A DNA stretch of 64,000 nucleotides from Candidatus Bathyarchaeota archaeon (GCA_013388905.1 JACAEI010000029.1:6773-70772), one strand, 5' to 3'; shown: positions 19,524-28,649, counted from the stretch's first letter. Made by a program: numbers and translations. The notes: generated by a model not told the origin, from the sequence alone.

Positions 19524-19676
19524 TATCTTGAAGGCAAGCTTTACTATGGTGGCGAGGCAGAAAGACGCTCAGTCGAAAAGCGCATAGAGTTTCTCAAAGT
19601 TTTAAAAAACAAAAGCCATAACAAAGAAGTAATAAAAGAATGTGAAAGACTATTAAGGCTCTGGGATGAAAGCTAC

Positions 19677-20066
19677 CTAGTTTACTAAAAGCTCAACCTT
19701 TATTTTTGTTCCACTTTTCACTTGTCTGAATAATTCGAGATTTTTGGTGATTTTGCCAAGAATGTTGACAGGGCTGTAGGGTTGCGATTCACCATAGAAT
19801 ATGCAGAGGGCGCTTCCCATAGGCCAGAAGGCGATTGTTCCTTTTTCCACTGTATCTTTGGCTTTCTCTTCACCCATTTTAATAGGTGTTTCAAAATAAA
19901 CTTCTTCTTTCCATAAGGCTGCTCTACCTTCTAACGGAAGCTTCCGAACCAAAGTGTCTATGGTTCTTGGCGCTAGGAAACGTGCAAATTCGCCTTCTGC
20001 CTCGCCTAATCCTTCGATAACAAATTTTATCTTTACGCGGGAAATTCCTGTTTCATTGCTGCTCAT
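19677..20066 (-). CDS. cyclophilin-like superfamily protein (TM1367-like)
   Basis: 129 aa. LAPRTIDTLVRKLPLEGRA..WKEEVYF...GTIAFWPMGSALCIFYG pattern resembles the Cyclophil_like family. Start overlaps the upstream stop (ATGA). Confidence 0.55.
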   Translation of the reverse strand: MSSNETGISRVKIKFVIEGLGEAEGEFARFLAPRTIDTLVRKLPLEGRAALWKEEVYFETPIKMGEEKAKDTVEKGTIAFWPMGSALCIFYGESQPYSPVNILGKITKNLELFRQVKSGTKIKVELLVN

Positions 20067-21394
20067 TGTTTTCTGCCTCTCTGGAGAAACTCCTCAAGAA
20101 CTTGCTCAAGCGATATTGGACCTAAAACTTGGAGTTCGTATTTAACTCTGACTGTTGGCTTGTTGATGTTAATTATTCTTCTCAAGTCTATGGGAGTGCC
20201 AATTACTACGACATCGCACGGTGTGCGGTCTATTGTTTCTTTTAACTCGGCTATTTGTTTGCCACTATATCCTAACGCAGGAAGAATTGTCCCAAGATGA
20301 GTATATTCCTTATAGGTTTCTTTTATTGAACCTACAGCGTATGGTTTCGGGTCAACGATTTCACTTGCTCCAAATCGTCTAGCCATTATTGTAGCAGCTC
20401 CATAGGGCATGTTGCCATGAGTTAGTGTGGGTCCATCCTCAATTACTAAAACTCGTTTTCCTGTGATTAAATCGGGATTATCAGCTGTTAGAGGCGATGC
20501 TGCATCTAAGATTGTTGCATCTGGGTTAGTTGCTTTTATGTTCTCTTTTACTTGTTCCACCTTCTTTGGGTCTGCTGTGTCAACCTTGTTTATTATCACA
20601 ACATTTGCCATCCGCAGATTTGCCTCTCCAGGATGATAAGTGACTTCGTGTCCAGCCCTGTGAGGATCAGCTACAACAATGTGCAAATCTGGTTTATAGA
20701 AAGGTAAATCATTGTTGCCTCCATCCCAGACTATTACATCTGCTTCTTTTTCAGCTTCTCTCAGAATTCTTTCGTAGTCAACTCCTGCATAGACAATTAT
20801 GCCGTTATCGATGTGGGGTTCGTATTCCTCTCTTTCTTCAATGGTGCATTGATATTTATCTAAATCCTCGTAGGAAGCATAACGTTGGCTAATCTGCTTT
20901 CTCAAATCACCATAAGGCATAGGGTGTCTAATAACTACGACTTGTAAACCTTTGTTTTTCAGAATTTTTGCAACTTGCCGTGAGGTTTGACTTTTTCCGG
21001 AGCCTGTCCTAACAGCGCCTATAGAAACTACAGGAACTTGTGCCTTCAGCATTGTTGTTTTGGGTCCCATTAAACAGAAATCTGCGCCGCTTGCCAACGC
21101 TATAGAAGCTTTATGCATGACATATTCGTGAGAAACATCACTGTAGGAGAAAACCACTCGGTCAACATTATGCTCCTTTATCAATTTGGGCAACTCTTCT
21201 TCTGAGAAAATTGGTATCCCCTTCGGATAATTTGGACCTGCAAGCTCTGTTGGATAGGTTCTGCCCTTTATGCCTGGAATCTGCGTCGCTGTAAAAGCCA
21301 CAACCTCACAAGCCTCATTGTTCCTAAAATAGACGTTAAAGTTGTGAAAGTCTCTGCCTGCTGCACCCATTATAATAACTCTAGTTTTTTGCAT
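20063..21394 (-). CDS. uncharacterised P-loop NTPase (COG2403 'predicted GTPase' type)
   Basis: 443 aa. N-terminal VIIMGAAGRDFHNFN and Walker A GAVRTGSGKSQTS. Confidence 0.6.
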   Translation of the reverse strand: MQKTRVIIMGAAGRDFHNFNVYFRNNEACEVVAFTATQIPGIKGRTYPTELAGPNYPKGIPIFSEEELPKLIKEHNVDRVVFSYSDVSHEYVMHKASIALASGADFCLMGPKTTMLKAQVPVVSIGAVRTGSGKSQTSRQVAKILKNKGLQVVVIRHPMPYGDLRKQISQRYASYEDLDKYQCTIEEREEYEPHIDNGIIVYAGVDYERILREAEKEADVIVWDGGNNDLPFYKPDLHIVVADPHRAGHEVTYHPGEANLRMANVVIINKVDTADPKKVEQVKENIKATNPDATILDAASPLTADNPDLITGKRVLVIEDGPTLTHGNMPYGAATIMARRFGASEIVDPKPYAVGSIKETYKEYTHLGTILPALGYSGKQIAELKETIDRTPCDVVVIGTPIDLRRIININKPTVRVKYELQVLGPISLEQVLEEFLQRGRKQ

Positions 21395-21495
21395 AATGCA
21401 AACTCTCCATCAAAACCCCAGATTAATAGAGTCAATACTACTTAACCATTCCATATAAACCTTAAGCATAGAACCCAATTCTTTAGTGCATCTAA

Positions 21496-22146
21496 TTATA
21501 GCTCTTTAAGAATAGAACTGTTGTTTTCCAAATTCTTGATTCGGTTAAGAAGCTCTGCTTTCTCTTTTTCAACTTCTGCTACTCTTTGATTGAGAAACTC
21601 CAGTTCCTCTGATATCTCTTCTAACCATTCCTTTATGGCTGATTTGCATTCGTTTTTAGTCATTGTGGCAAGATATTTTGAAATGTCTTGAGGTTTTCGC
21701 TTTTTAAGCAAACTCAGTGAACAATTGATTTGTTGAAAATTTGAAAAAGGAAAAAAATGTCTAGTTGACCGCGGCTTCATGAGGTTTCCGCTAAGTCCAG
21801 CAGAAATAACGTTATTAATGCTAATTTCTTCCTCAGAATCATTAAGATAGCGATGTATCCTTCTTCTTCCAACGCGAATTTTTGTGTTTTTAAGAGCATC
21901 AATTAGTATTACTGGCATCTGTGTATAGCCAAGGTTTTTTAATGCAAGCCAACGATGCATTCCGTCAAGAATCACGCCTGTTTTCTCGTCAGCTATAATT
22001 GGATATTTTAGTATGCCATCCCTAAGAATTTCGTGCTTAAGCAGCTCAAGATAAAGTGGGGAGCCTTTTTCGTGAGGTCTTAAGTCATCAATCGACATTA
22101 GAACTATTTTTAAATCAGATTTTTCTGCAAGAACAGTCAATGTCAT
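21496..22146 (-). CDS. ParB/sulfiredoxin-fold domain protein with C-terminal coiled coil (possible SerK-like kinase)
   Basis: DDLRPHE ... VILDGMHRWLAL motif pair typical of ParB/Srx domains. C-terminal heptad-rich EELEFLNQRVAEVEKEKAELLNRIKNLE. Lies 6 nt downstream of trpB2, with a G-rich SD inside the trpB2 3' end. Confidence 0.65.
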   Translation of the reverse strand: MTLTVLAEKSDLKIVLMSIDDLRPHEKGSPLYLELLKHEILRDGILKYPIIADEKTGVILDGMHRWLALKNLGYTQMPVILIDALKNTKIRVGRRRIHRYLNDSEEEISINNVISAGLSGNLMKPRSTRHFFPFSNFQQINCSLSLLKKRKPQDISKYLATMTKNECKSAIKEWLEEISEELEFLNQRVAEVEKEKAELLNRIKNLENNSSILKEL

Positions 22147-22152
22147 TGCTTT

Positions 22153-23526
22153 TTACCCCCCTTTTTTAACTTGGAAAGCTGGAACTTTGATTTTCTGTGG
22201 CTCATAGTTCACCAGTTTGTTTGCAAGAAACTGTTCATATGCGGTAAGGTCGAGTAAACCGTGCCCACTATAATTCATGGCAATGACTTTTTCTTCGCCC
22301 GTCTTCTTACATTTCAAAGCTTCATCCACGACATATTTTAGGCTGTGAGCAGTTTCAGGCGCGGCAATCAGTCCTTCTGTTTGAGCCAACATCTTCGCAG
22401 CTTCAAAAATTTCGGTTTGACTGTAGGCAACCGAACGCATGTATCCTTTATTGATTAGATAGGATATTAACGGTGCCATTCCATGATATCGCAAGCCGCC
22501 AGCGTGAATTGGAGGACAAGCATATCCGTGTCCGATAGTTAGCATTTTAAGTAATGGCGTTGTTTCCGCTGTGTCTCCAAAATCGTATGTATATACACCT
22601 CTGGTTGTGTGGGGAACCGCCTTAGATTCACATGCAACAAATTCTGTGTCTGTTTTGCCTTTAAGTTTGTCCATCATGAAAGGAAAACCGAACCCTGCAT
22701 AGTTAGAGCCGCCGCCAATGCAACCGCAAACAACATCGGGATATGCGTCTATAAGTTCAAACTGTTTCTTCGCTTCTAAACCAATTATTGTCTGATGTAG
22801 CAGAACATGGTTCAACACCGAGCCCAGAGAATATCGCGTGTCTTCACTGGTTAAAGTGTCTTCTATTGCTTCACTAATGGCGATACCAAGTGTCCCGGGA
22901 TGATTCGAGTTTTCCTTAAGCAGTTTTCTGCCAAAGTTTGTTTGGTCGCTTGGTGATGGAAACATTTCGGCACCATAAACTTGAGCGATAATTCTTCTAC
23001 CCGGCTTTTGCTGAAAGCTGGCTCTGACCATGTAGATTCGACATTTTAACCCAAAAATAGCACATGAAAAAGCTAAAGCTGTGCCCCATTGACCAGCTCC
23101 CGTTTCTGTAACTAGTCTATTAATCCCTTGCTTTTTGTTATAGTACGCTTGTGCGATGGCAGTGTTAGTTTTGTGGCTACCAGTAGGGCTGAAGTGTTCG
23201 CATTTAAAGTATATTCGCGCTGGGGTTTTCAAATATTTTTCAAGTCTTTTAGCGCGATATAGAGGTGTTGGCCGTGGAAGCCTCAGATAAGCGTCGAAAA
23301 CTTCTTCTGGCACTTTGATGTAGCGTTCCGCAGAAATTTCTTGCCTTACCAATTCTTTTGCGAATATTCTTTCAAGTAGCTGCGGGTTTATTGGTTTTAA
23401 TGTTGTTGAATCCAATGGTGGTGAAAGTGATTCTGGAAGGTCTGCTTGGATATTGTACCATGATGTAGGAGTTTCCTCAGCGCTCAGCGTGATTATGTGT
23501 TCTTTCATTTTATTATTTGATGTCAT
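22153..23526 (-). CDS. trpB2: tryptophan synthase beta-like protein, TrpB2 family
   Basis: 457 aa. The N-terminal extension, HFSPTGSHKTNTA (PLP lysine) and GGGSN motifs are characteristic of TrpB2 rather than TrpB1. Confidence 0.9.
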   Translation of the reverse strand: MTSNNKMKEHIITLSAEETPTSWYNIQADLPESLSPPLDSTTLKPINPQLLERIFAKELVRQEISAERYIKVPEEVFDAYLRLPRPTPLYRAKRLEKYLKTPARIYFKCEHFSPTGSHKTNTAIAQAYYNKKQGINRLVTETGAGQWGTALAFSCAIFGLKCRIYMVRASFQQKPGRRIIAQVYGAEMFPSPSDQTNFGRKLLKENSNHPGTLGIAISEAIEDTLTSEDTRYSLGSVLNHVLLHQTIIGLEAKKQFELIDAYPDVVCGCIGGGSNYAGFGFPFMMDKLKGKTDTEFVACESKAVPHTTRGVYTYDFGDTAETTPLLKMLTIGHGYACPPIHAGGLRYHGMAPLISYLINKGYMRSVAYSQTEIFEAAKMLAQTEGLIAAPETAHSLKYVVDEALKCKKTGEEKVIAMNYSGHGLLDLTAYEQFLANKLVNYEPQKIKVPAFQVKKGG

Positions 23527-23550
23527 TTACTTCACCTAATTGAACATTTT

Positions 23551-23576
23551 AGTACATTAATGCGCATTAAAGTACT
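23551..23576. promoter_or_regulatory. 26-bp near-perfect palindrome in the divergent trpB2 / ACT-regulator promoter region
   Basis: AGTACaTTAATGC|GCATTAAaGTACT: 24 of 26 positions are self-complementary. Lies between TATA-like CATATTTATAC (23591-23601) and the trpB2 start (23526). Confidence 0.5.
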
Positions 23577-23638
23577 TCTTATCTCGAGAACATATTTATA
23601 CTTTATTGCGCAAAATTGTACATAAAGGAAATTGTAAC

Positions 23639-24142
23639 ATGTGGAACAACATCAAAAAATATCTAGAAGGATACCCAGAACGTCTCAAAGTGGCGCGTGT
23701 ACTCGTAGAAAATGGACTAAGCGTACGAAATGGAAAGGTCTATCTCAACGAAATCGAGGTCCCACCAGTTCGCATAGCCCGTGTTGCTGGAGTAGACAGA
23801 CGAACAGTAAACGAGACATTGAAAGCCATTAAAGCAAATTGTGAACTAAGACAAATTTTTGAAGAAATAAGATCTGCTGGGCATTCGCTAAGGGAAATTG
23901 CAAAACACGTGAACCTTGGGGTAGTAGAAATAACGCCTGTGGACGCTAGAATGCCTGGAATATTGGCAAACTCTGCCATGATACTTGCAAACAACAATCT
24001 AAGCATAAGACAAGCAATTGTAGACGACCCAGAACTGTCACCAGAGCCAAAGCTTACGCTAATTGTTGAGAAAAAAATTCCAGGCGAACTAATTCCAGAA
24101 TTTCTAAAAATAAACGGCGTAGCCAAGGTTTCAATCTATTAG
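23639..24142 (+). CDS. HTH + ACT-domain regulator of amino-acid metabolism (COG2150 type)
   Basis: MWNNIKKYLEGYPERLKVARVLVENGLSV...IARVAGVDRRTVNETL (HTH) with an ACT-like C-terminus. ATG at 23639 fits the TATA at 23591-23601 better than the longer ORF-track start at 23606. Confidence 0.7.
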   Translation: MWNNIKKYLEGYPERLKVARVLVENGLSVRNGKVYLNEIEVPPVRIARVAGVDRRTVNETLKAIKANCELRQIFEEIRSAGHSLREIAKHVNLGVVEITPVDARMPGILANSAMILANNNLSIRQAIVDDPELSPEPKLTLIVEKKIPGELIPEFLKINGVAKVSIY

Positions 24143-24235
24143 ACTAGTGATAGCAAAATTTCTTTTAACTGTGTCTTCCTTAATCCTTATATGGGATAGC
24201 GAAAATACTTGTTGCCTCAACAGGGAGACTTTCGT

Positions 24236-25453
24236 ATGGTGGATTTCAGCTTTAGTGAGGAGCAGAAGCTTTTTCAAAAGTCTTTACGTGAATGGTGCCA
24301 GAAAGAATTGCCTTTAGAAAAAATCCGAGAAATGGATAGCAAAGGCGAGATTTCTAGAGGAATTATCAAAGGCATGACTGACATGAACTTACTGCTTATG
24401 ACTGTGCCGCAGGAGCATGGTGGAGCAGAAGTAGACTGGATTACAGCTTGCATTGCAGCGGAGGAGCTTGGATATGCCGATTTGAGCATTGCTGTGCCAG
24501 TGCTCTTCCTAGTTGAAACTTCGTGGGGCTTTGTTATGGACAAATATTGCACTGAACAAGTACGGGAGGAGATTATCCGTAAAGCTATCAAAGGCGATGC
24601 CTTCATTGGTATAGCTTCAACAGAATCCGGCGGTGGCTCCGACGTAGCAGCAATAAAGTCGACAGGCAGAAAAGAAGGTAACAGCTGGATTTTGAATGGA
24701 GAAAAAACCTACATAAGCGGCACAGAAGAAGCAAAGAAAATGGGTGGCGGCTACTTCTTACTAGTCAGAACCGCACCGCCAATACCTGAGGCATCTCATA
24801 AGGGCATTACGGCTTTCTATCTTCCAATAAATGCTGATGGAGTCGAAATTGGCAAACGTTTAGAGGATATGGGCAGAATGGCAATTTCCACAGGAAGCAT
24901 AGCCATGGATAATGTTAAAATCCCAGACAGTTACCGCATAGGCGAAGAAGGTAGAGGATTCTATCTGACCATGGAAGGCTTCGACAATGCACGATTGCTA
25001 ATTGGGGCTACTTGTTTAGGAGCTTCACAACGAGCACTGGAAATTGGCATGGAATACATTAAAGAGCGCAAAGCCTTCGGAAGCCCAATCGGCAAGTTTG
25101 AAGGCATCCAATTTGACTTGGCAGATCTCTGGGCTGAACTTGAAGCTTTAAGGTCGCTGGTTTACAGGACAGCTTGGATGAACGAGGAAAAATATAGAAA
25201 CAAACGTTTTACGCCACATGAGGTTTCAAAGTATATTTCCGCTATTAAGCTGAAGGTTCCGCCTTTCGCTTTTAAGGTGTTTGAACATGTGATGCTTTGG
25301 CTAGGCGCATGGGGCTACACGAAAGAATGCCCATTGGAAATGGGATTACGCGGAATAATGTCCTACTACATAGGCGCTGAGGGAGCAGTAAACATACAAA
25401 GGATTATCATAGCGAGAGAACTTTTAGGCAGAGAATACATACCATACAAATAG
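24236..25453 (+). CDS. acyl-CoA dehydrogenase
   Basis: MVDFSFSEEQ..., TESGGGSD, and a C-terminal YIGAEGAVNIQRIIIAREL pattern. ATG at 24236 has a GGGAG SD. Confidence 0.9.
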   Translation: MVDFSFSEEQKLFQKSLREWCQKELPLEKIREMDSKGEISRGIIKGMTDMNLLLMTVPQEHGGAEVDWITACIAAEELGYADLSIAVPVLFLVETSWGFVMDKYCTEQVREEIIRKAIKGDAFIGIASTESGGGSDVAAIKSTGRKEGNSWILNGEKTYISGTEEAKKMGGGYFLLVRTAPPIPEASHKGITAFYLPINADGVEIGKRLEDMGRMAISTGSIAMDNVKIPDSYRIGEEGRGFYLTMEGFDNARLLIGATCLGASQRALEIGMEYIKERKAFGSPIGKFEGIQFDLADLWAELEALRSLVYRTAWMNEEKYRNKRFTPHEVSKYISAIKLKVPPFAFKVFEHVMLWLGAWGYTKECPLEMGLRGIMSYYIGAEGAVNIQRIIIARELLGREYIPYK

Positions 25454-25495
25454 TCTATATTGTTTTGTACAATCTTCAAGAATATTGGTATCTCG

Positions 25496-26602
25496 ATGAA
25501 TTACGAAATTAAATGTTCAGAATGCGGCAAACCATCATTTAATCTTCTAGATTTCAAATGTCCATCCTGTGGCAAGCCGTTAATTGTCAAACAAAAAATA
25601 AAATTCAATGTTAAGCAAATCTATAGAGACAATCACAGCCTATGGCGATATGTAAAGTTTTTTCCCTACATCAAAGAAACAGAAATCATAACCTTAGGTG
25701 AAGGGTGGACGCCCCTAGTCAAGTTTTCTGGTAATGTTTACTTTAAGCTTGAAAGTTTGAACCCGACAGGCTCCTTTAAAGACAGAGGCTCAACCGTGCT
25801 AATCTCTGCTTTATATAAACCACTGAAAAGAGCTGGAGGTTATATCTCTGAGGATTCTTCTGGAAACGCAGGCGCATCAATAGCCGCCTACGCAGCAAAT
25901 GCTGGGTTAAAAGTGAAGATTTACGTTCCAGAAAACGTGGCTGGACCGAAATTTAACCAAACCCAATTCTATGGTGCAGAAGTTGTTAAGATTGTAGGCA
26001 ATAGAAGCCAAGTTGCGGAGGCAGCCCAAAAGGTTGAAAAAGGGAAATTCTATATTGGACATATTCTTCATCCGTTATTTAGGGATGGTGTAAGAAGTCT
26101 CGCTTATGAAATAGCCGAGCAATGCGATTGGCATGTTCCGGAACGCATTTACTTGCCAGTTTCCGCTGGAACCTTGTTTTTAGGAGTTTTAGAAGGTTTT
26201 AGGCACTTAGCAGAATCTGACGTCATAGAGGAAATACCGAAAATCGTGGCTTGTCAAACACGACAAGTTTCGCCTCTTTATCACTGTTTTAAAGGCTTGC
26301 GCTATACTCAACCTGAAAAGCTAACGTCTATTGCTGACGCTTTGGTAAGTGTAAACCCACCACTGTTAGACATTATGGTTAAAGATTTGAAAAGAGCTAA
26401 AGGTGATGCCGTTGCGGTGGAAGAAAAGGAGATAATGGATGCCTTTAAAGAACTTGCCAGAAAAGGTTTTTTTGTCGAGCCAAGTTCAGCTGTTTCTTAC
26501 GCAGCTTACAAAAAGCAGCTCCAAAACAGAAAACTATCCAAAGGCGACAGAACAGCGATAATCTTGACGGGACATGGACTGAAAACTCCACTCAAGCCAT
26601 AA
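25496..26602 (+). CDS. threonine synthase-like PLP enzyme with N-terminal zinc ribbon
   Basis: CSECG...CPSCG ribbon, then LESLNPTGSFKDRGS (PLP lysine) and SSGNAGAS. Start choice (25496 versus 25460) is uncertain. Confidence 0.8.
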   Translation: MNYEIKCSECGKPSFNLLDFKCPSCGKPLIVKQKIKFNVKQIYRDNHSLWRYVKFFPYIKETEIITLGEGWTPLVKFSGNVYFKLESLNPTGSFKDRGSTVLISALYKPLKRAGGYISEDSSGNAGASIAAYAANAGLKVKIYVPENVAGPKFNQTQFYGAEVVKIVGNRSQVAEAAQKVEKGKFYIGHILHPLFRDGVRSLAYEIAEQCDWHVPERIYLPVSAGTLFLGVLEGFRHLAESDVIEEIPKIVACQTRQVSPLYHCFKGLRYTQPEKLTSIADALVSVNPPLLDIMVKDLKRAKGDAVAVEEKEIMDAFKELARKGFFVEPSSAVSYAAYKKQLQNRKLSKGDRTAIILTGHGLKTPLKP

Positions 26603-26713
26603 ACTGAAATGTTGGAAATTTATGTTAAATGTCTAACTTTAAGGCTTTCTGCTTAGAAAAACTTATATTTTAATGCTGTTCTTTTTTGAGACGCATTAAG
26701 GAGGAGGATAAGT

Positions 26714-28375
26714 TTGTCATCACCAATCCAAGCTGGCGGAGTTCCAGTTTTAGTATTGAAAGAAGGTTCAAGTAGAAGCAGAGGAAGAGAAGCGCAGCAT
26801 ACAAACATAATGGCGGCAAAAATAGTAGCTGAAACCGTGAAAAGCGCTCTGGGTCCAAAAGGCATGGACAAGATGCTTGTTGACAGCATGGGCGACACGA
26901 CAATCACAAGTGATGGACGCACAATTCTGGATGAAATGGACATTCAGCATCCAGCAGCCAAAATGATGGTTGAAATCGCCAAAACACAAGACAACGAGGC
27001 AGGCGACGGAACAACAACCGCTGTCATACTAGCCGGCGAGTTGCTAGGTAAAGCAGAAGAGTTAACAGAGAAAAACGTTCACCCTACCATAATAATTGAT
27101 GGATACAAAAAAGCTTCAGACAAAGCTTTAGAAGTTTTGGAGAAAATAGCAATTTCAACAGAATCAGACACGGAAGAGTATCTGAAAAAAACCGCAATGA
27201 CATCCATGGCCAGCAAACTTGTTGCTGAGCATAGAGAGCACTTGGCGGAGTTAACTGTTAAGGCAGTTCTCGAGGTGGCAGAAAAAGAGGACAACAAATA
27301 CAAAGTGGATATTGACGATATCAAAGTTGAAAAGAAAACGGGAGAGTCATTAAACGACACTAGACTTATTCAAGGCATAGTCTTAGACAAAGAAGTTGTG
27401 CATTCAGGCATGCCGAAACGTGTAGAAAAAGCCAAAATAGCATTACTTAACACTGCCTTAGAAATTGAGAAAACCGAATTTGATGCAAAAATCAACATTG
27501 AAAGCCCAGAACAGATGGAAGCTTTCCTCAAACAAGAGGAAGGAATGCTAAAAGAAATGGTTGACAAAATAGTTGCAACAGGCGCAAACGTTGTCTTGTG
27601 CGAAAAAGGCATTGACGACATGGCACAACACTTCTTAGCAAGAAAGGGAATACTCACAGTTCGAAGAATTAAACAGTCAGACATGGAAAAGCTCGCAAAA
27701 GCTACTGGTGGAAAAATAATAACGAATATGGACGATATGAGTGCAACAGATTTAGGCTACGCGAGCCTTGTTGAAGAGCGCAAAATTGGTGACGATAAGA
27801 TGACTTTCGTGGAAGGATGCAAGCACCCTCGCGCAGTTACCATTCTAATAAGGGGCGGAACAGAACGCATAGTGGAAGAAGCAGAAAGATCAATACATGA
27901 TGCATTATGCGTAGTCCGCGACATAGTTGAAGAGCCGAAAATCGTGGCTGGAGGCGGGGCACCCGAACTGGAAATGTCGCGAACACTTAAAAAATACGCT
28001 GAAACCTTACCAGGAAGAGAGCAACTTGCAGTTAGAGCCTTTGCAGACGCTCTTGAGGTCGTTCCAATTACACTAACAGAAAATGCAGGTTTAGACCCTA
28101 TTGACATATTGGCTGAACTTAGGGTCCGCCACGAGAAAGGCGAAAGATGGGCCGGAATCGAAGTCGTCAGCGGAACAGTTCAGGAAATGTCAGAGGCAGG
28201 AGTTTTCGAACCATTAGCAGTTAAAAAGCAAATTATAAAGTCGGCAACTGAAGCCTCTTCAATGATACTTAAAATCGACGACGTAATTGCTGCTGGAAAG
28301 ATGAAGGCTCCTCCAACACCGCCTGGAGGTGCGCCTCCAGGAGGCGCTGGCTATCCGGGTGTCGGGGAGTATTAG
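26714..28375 (+). CDS. ths: thermosome subunit (group II chaperonin)
   Basis: 553 aa. [17 protein letters not shown] and VAGGGAPE motifs; Gly/Pro-rich tail. TTG start 5 nt after AAGGAGGAGGA. Confidence 0.95.
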   Translation: MSSPIQAGGVPVLVLKEGSSRSRGREAQHTNIMAAKIVAETVKSALGPKGMDKMLVDSMGDTTITSDGRTILDEMDIQHPAAKMMVEIAKTQDNEAGDGTTTAVILAGELLGKAEELTEKNVHPTIIIDGYKKASDKALEVLEKIAISTESDTEEYLKKTAMTSMASKLVAEHREHLAELTVKAVLEVAEKEDNKYKVDIDDIKVEKKTGESLNDTRLIQGIVLDKEVVHSGMPKRVEKAKIALLNTALEIEKTEFDAKINIESPEQMEAFLKQEEGMLKEMVDKIVATGANVVLCEKGIDDMAQHFLARKGILTVRRIKQSDMEKLAKATGGKIITNMDDMSATDLGYASLVEERKIGDDKMTFVEGCKHPRAVTILIRGGTERIVEEAERSIHDALCVVRDIVEEPKIVAGGGAPELEMSRTLKKYAETLPGREQLAVRAFADALEVVPITLTENAGLDPIDILAELRVRHEKGERWAGIEVVSGTVQEMSEAGVFEPLAVKKQIIKSATEASSMILKIDDVIAAGKMKAPPTPPGGAPPGGAGYPGVGEY

Positions 28376-28399
28376 AGCACGTCGAAAAAAGAAAAGCGC

Positions 28400-28639
28400 A
28401 TTTTCATAGGCCCAGCTAAGGTTACCCGTTTCGAGAAAGCAAGGATAATTGGAGCTAGAGCACTTCAAATATCCATGGGTGCTCCTATACTTGTCGAAGT
28501 TTCAGAAAAGTTTTCCAGCCCAATTGATATGGCGTTAAAAGAGCTTGAAGCAGAAATCTTGCCGATAACCATTCGAAGGACGTTGCCAGATAGGACTTAT
28601 CAAGACATTCCTTTGAAATGGCTTTTGAAAGAAGAATAA
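28400..28639 (+). CDS. rpoK: DNA-directed RNA polymerase subunit K (Rpo6/Rpb6); start codon unresolved
   Basis: Translation ...[28 protein letters not shown]...[20 protein letters not shown] is unmistakably RpoK. There is no in-frame ATG/GTG/TTG between the thermosome TAG (28373-28375) and the conserved core. 28400 (ATT) is a nominal 5' limit. Missed by the ORF track. Confidence 0.85.
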   Translation: MFIGPAKVTRFEKARIIGARALQISMGAPILVEVSEKFSSPIDMALKELEAEILPITIRRTLPDRTYQDIPLKWLLKEE

Positions 28640-28649
28640 GCCTTTTTAA

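Noticed and set aside
20063-21394. Calling the P-loop protein cyclic 2,3-diphosphoglycerate synthetase
   Set aside because: As far as I recall, the N-terminal GAAGRDFHNFN pattern belongs to the COG2403 'predicted GTPase' group, not to the Methanothermus cPGS sequence. I kept it as uncharacterised.
28373-28375. Genome-wide reassignment of TAG (for example pyrrolysine or a sense codon) as one explanation for the rpoK and LDH anomalies
   Set aside because: Twelve well-supported genes in this window terminate at TAG at the expected C-terminal position: top6A, cofE, the aminotransferase, trmB-like, the cyclophilin-like gene, the ACT regulator, ACAD, thermosome, S26e, the AmmeMemoRadiSam enzyme, the SDR and the HTH at 46343. 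No pyl genes are seen. Site-specific read-through remains possible.
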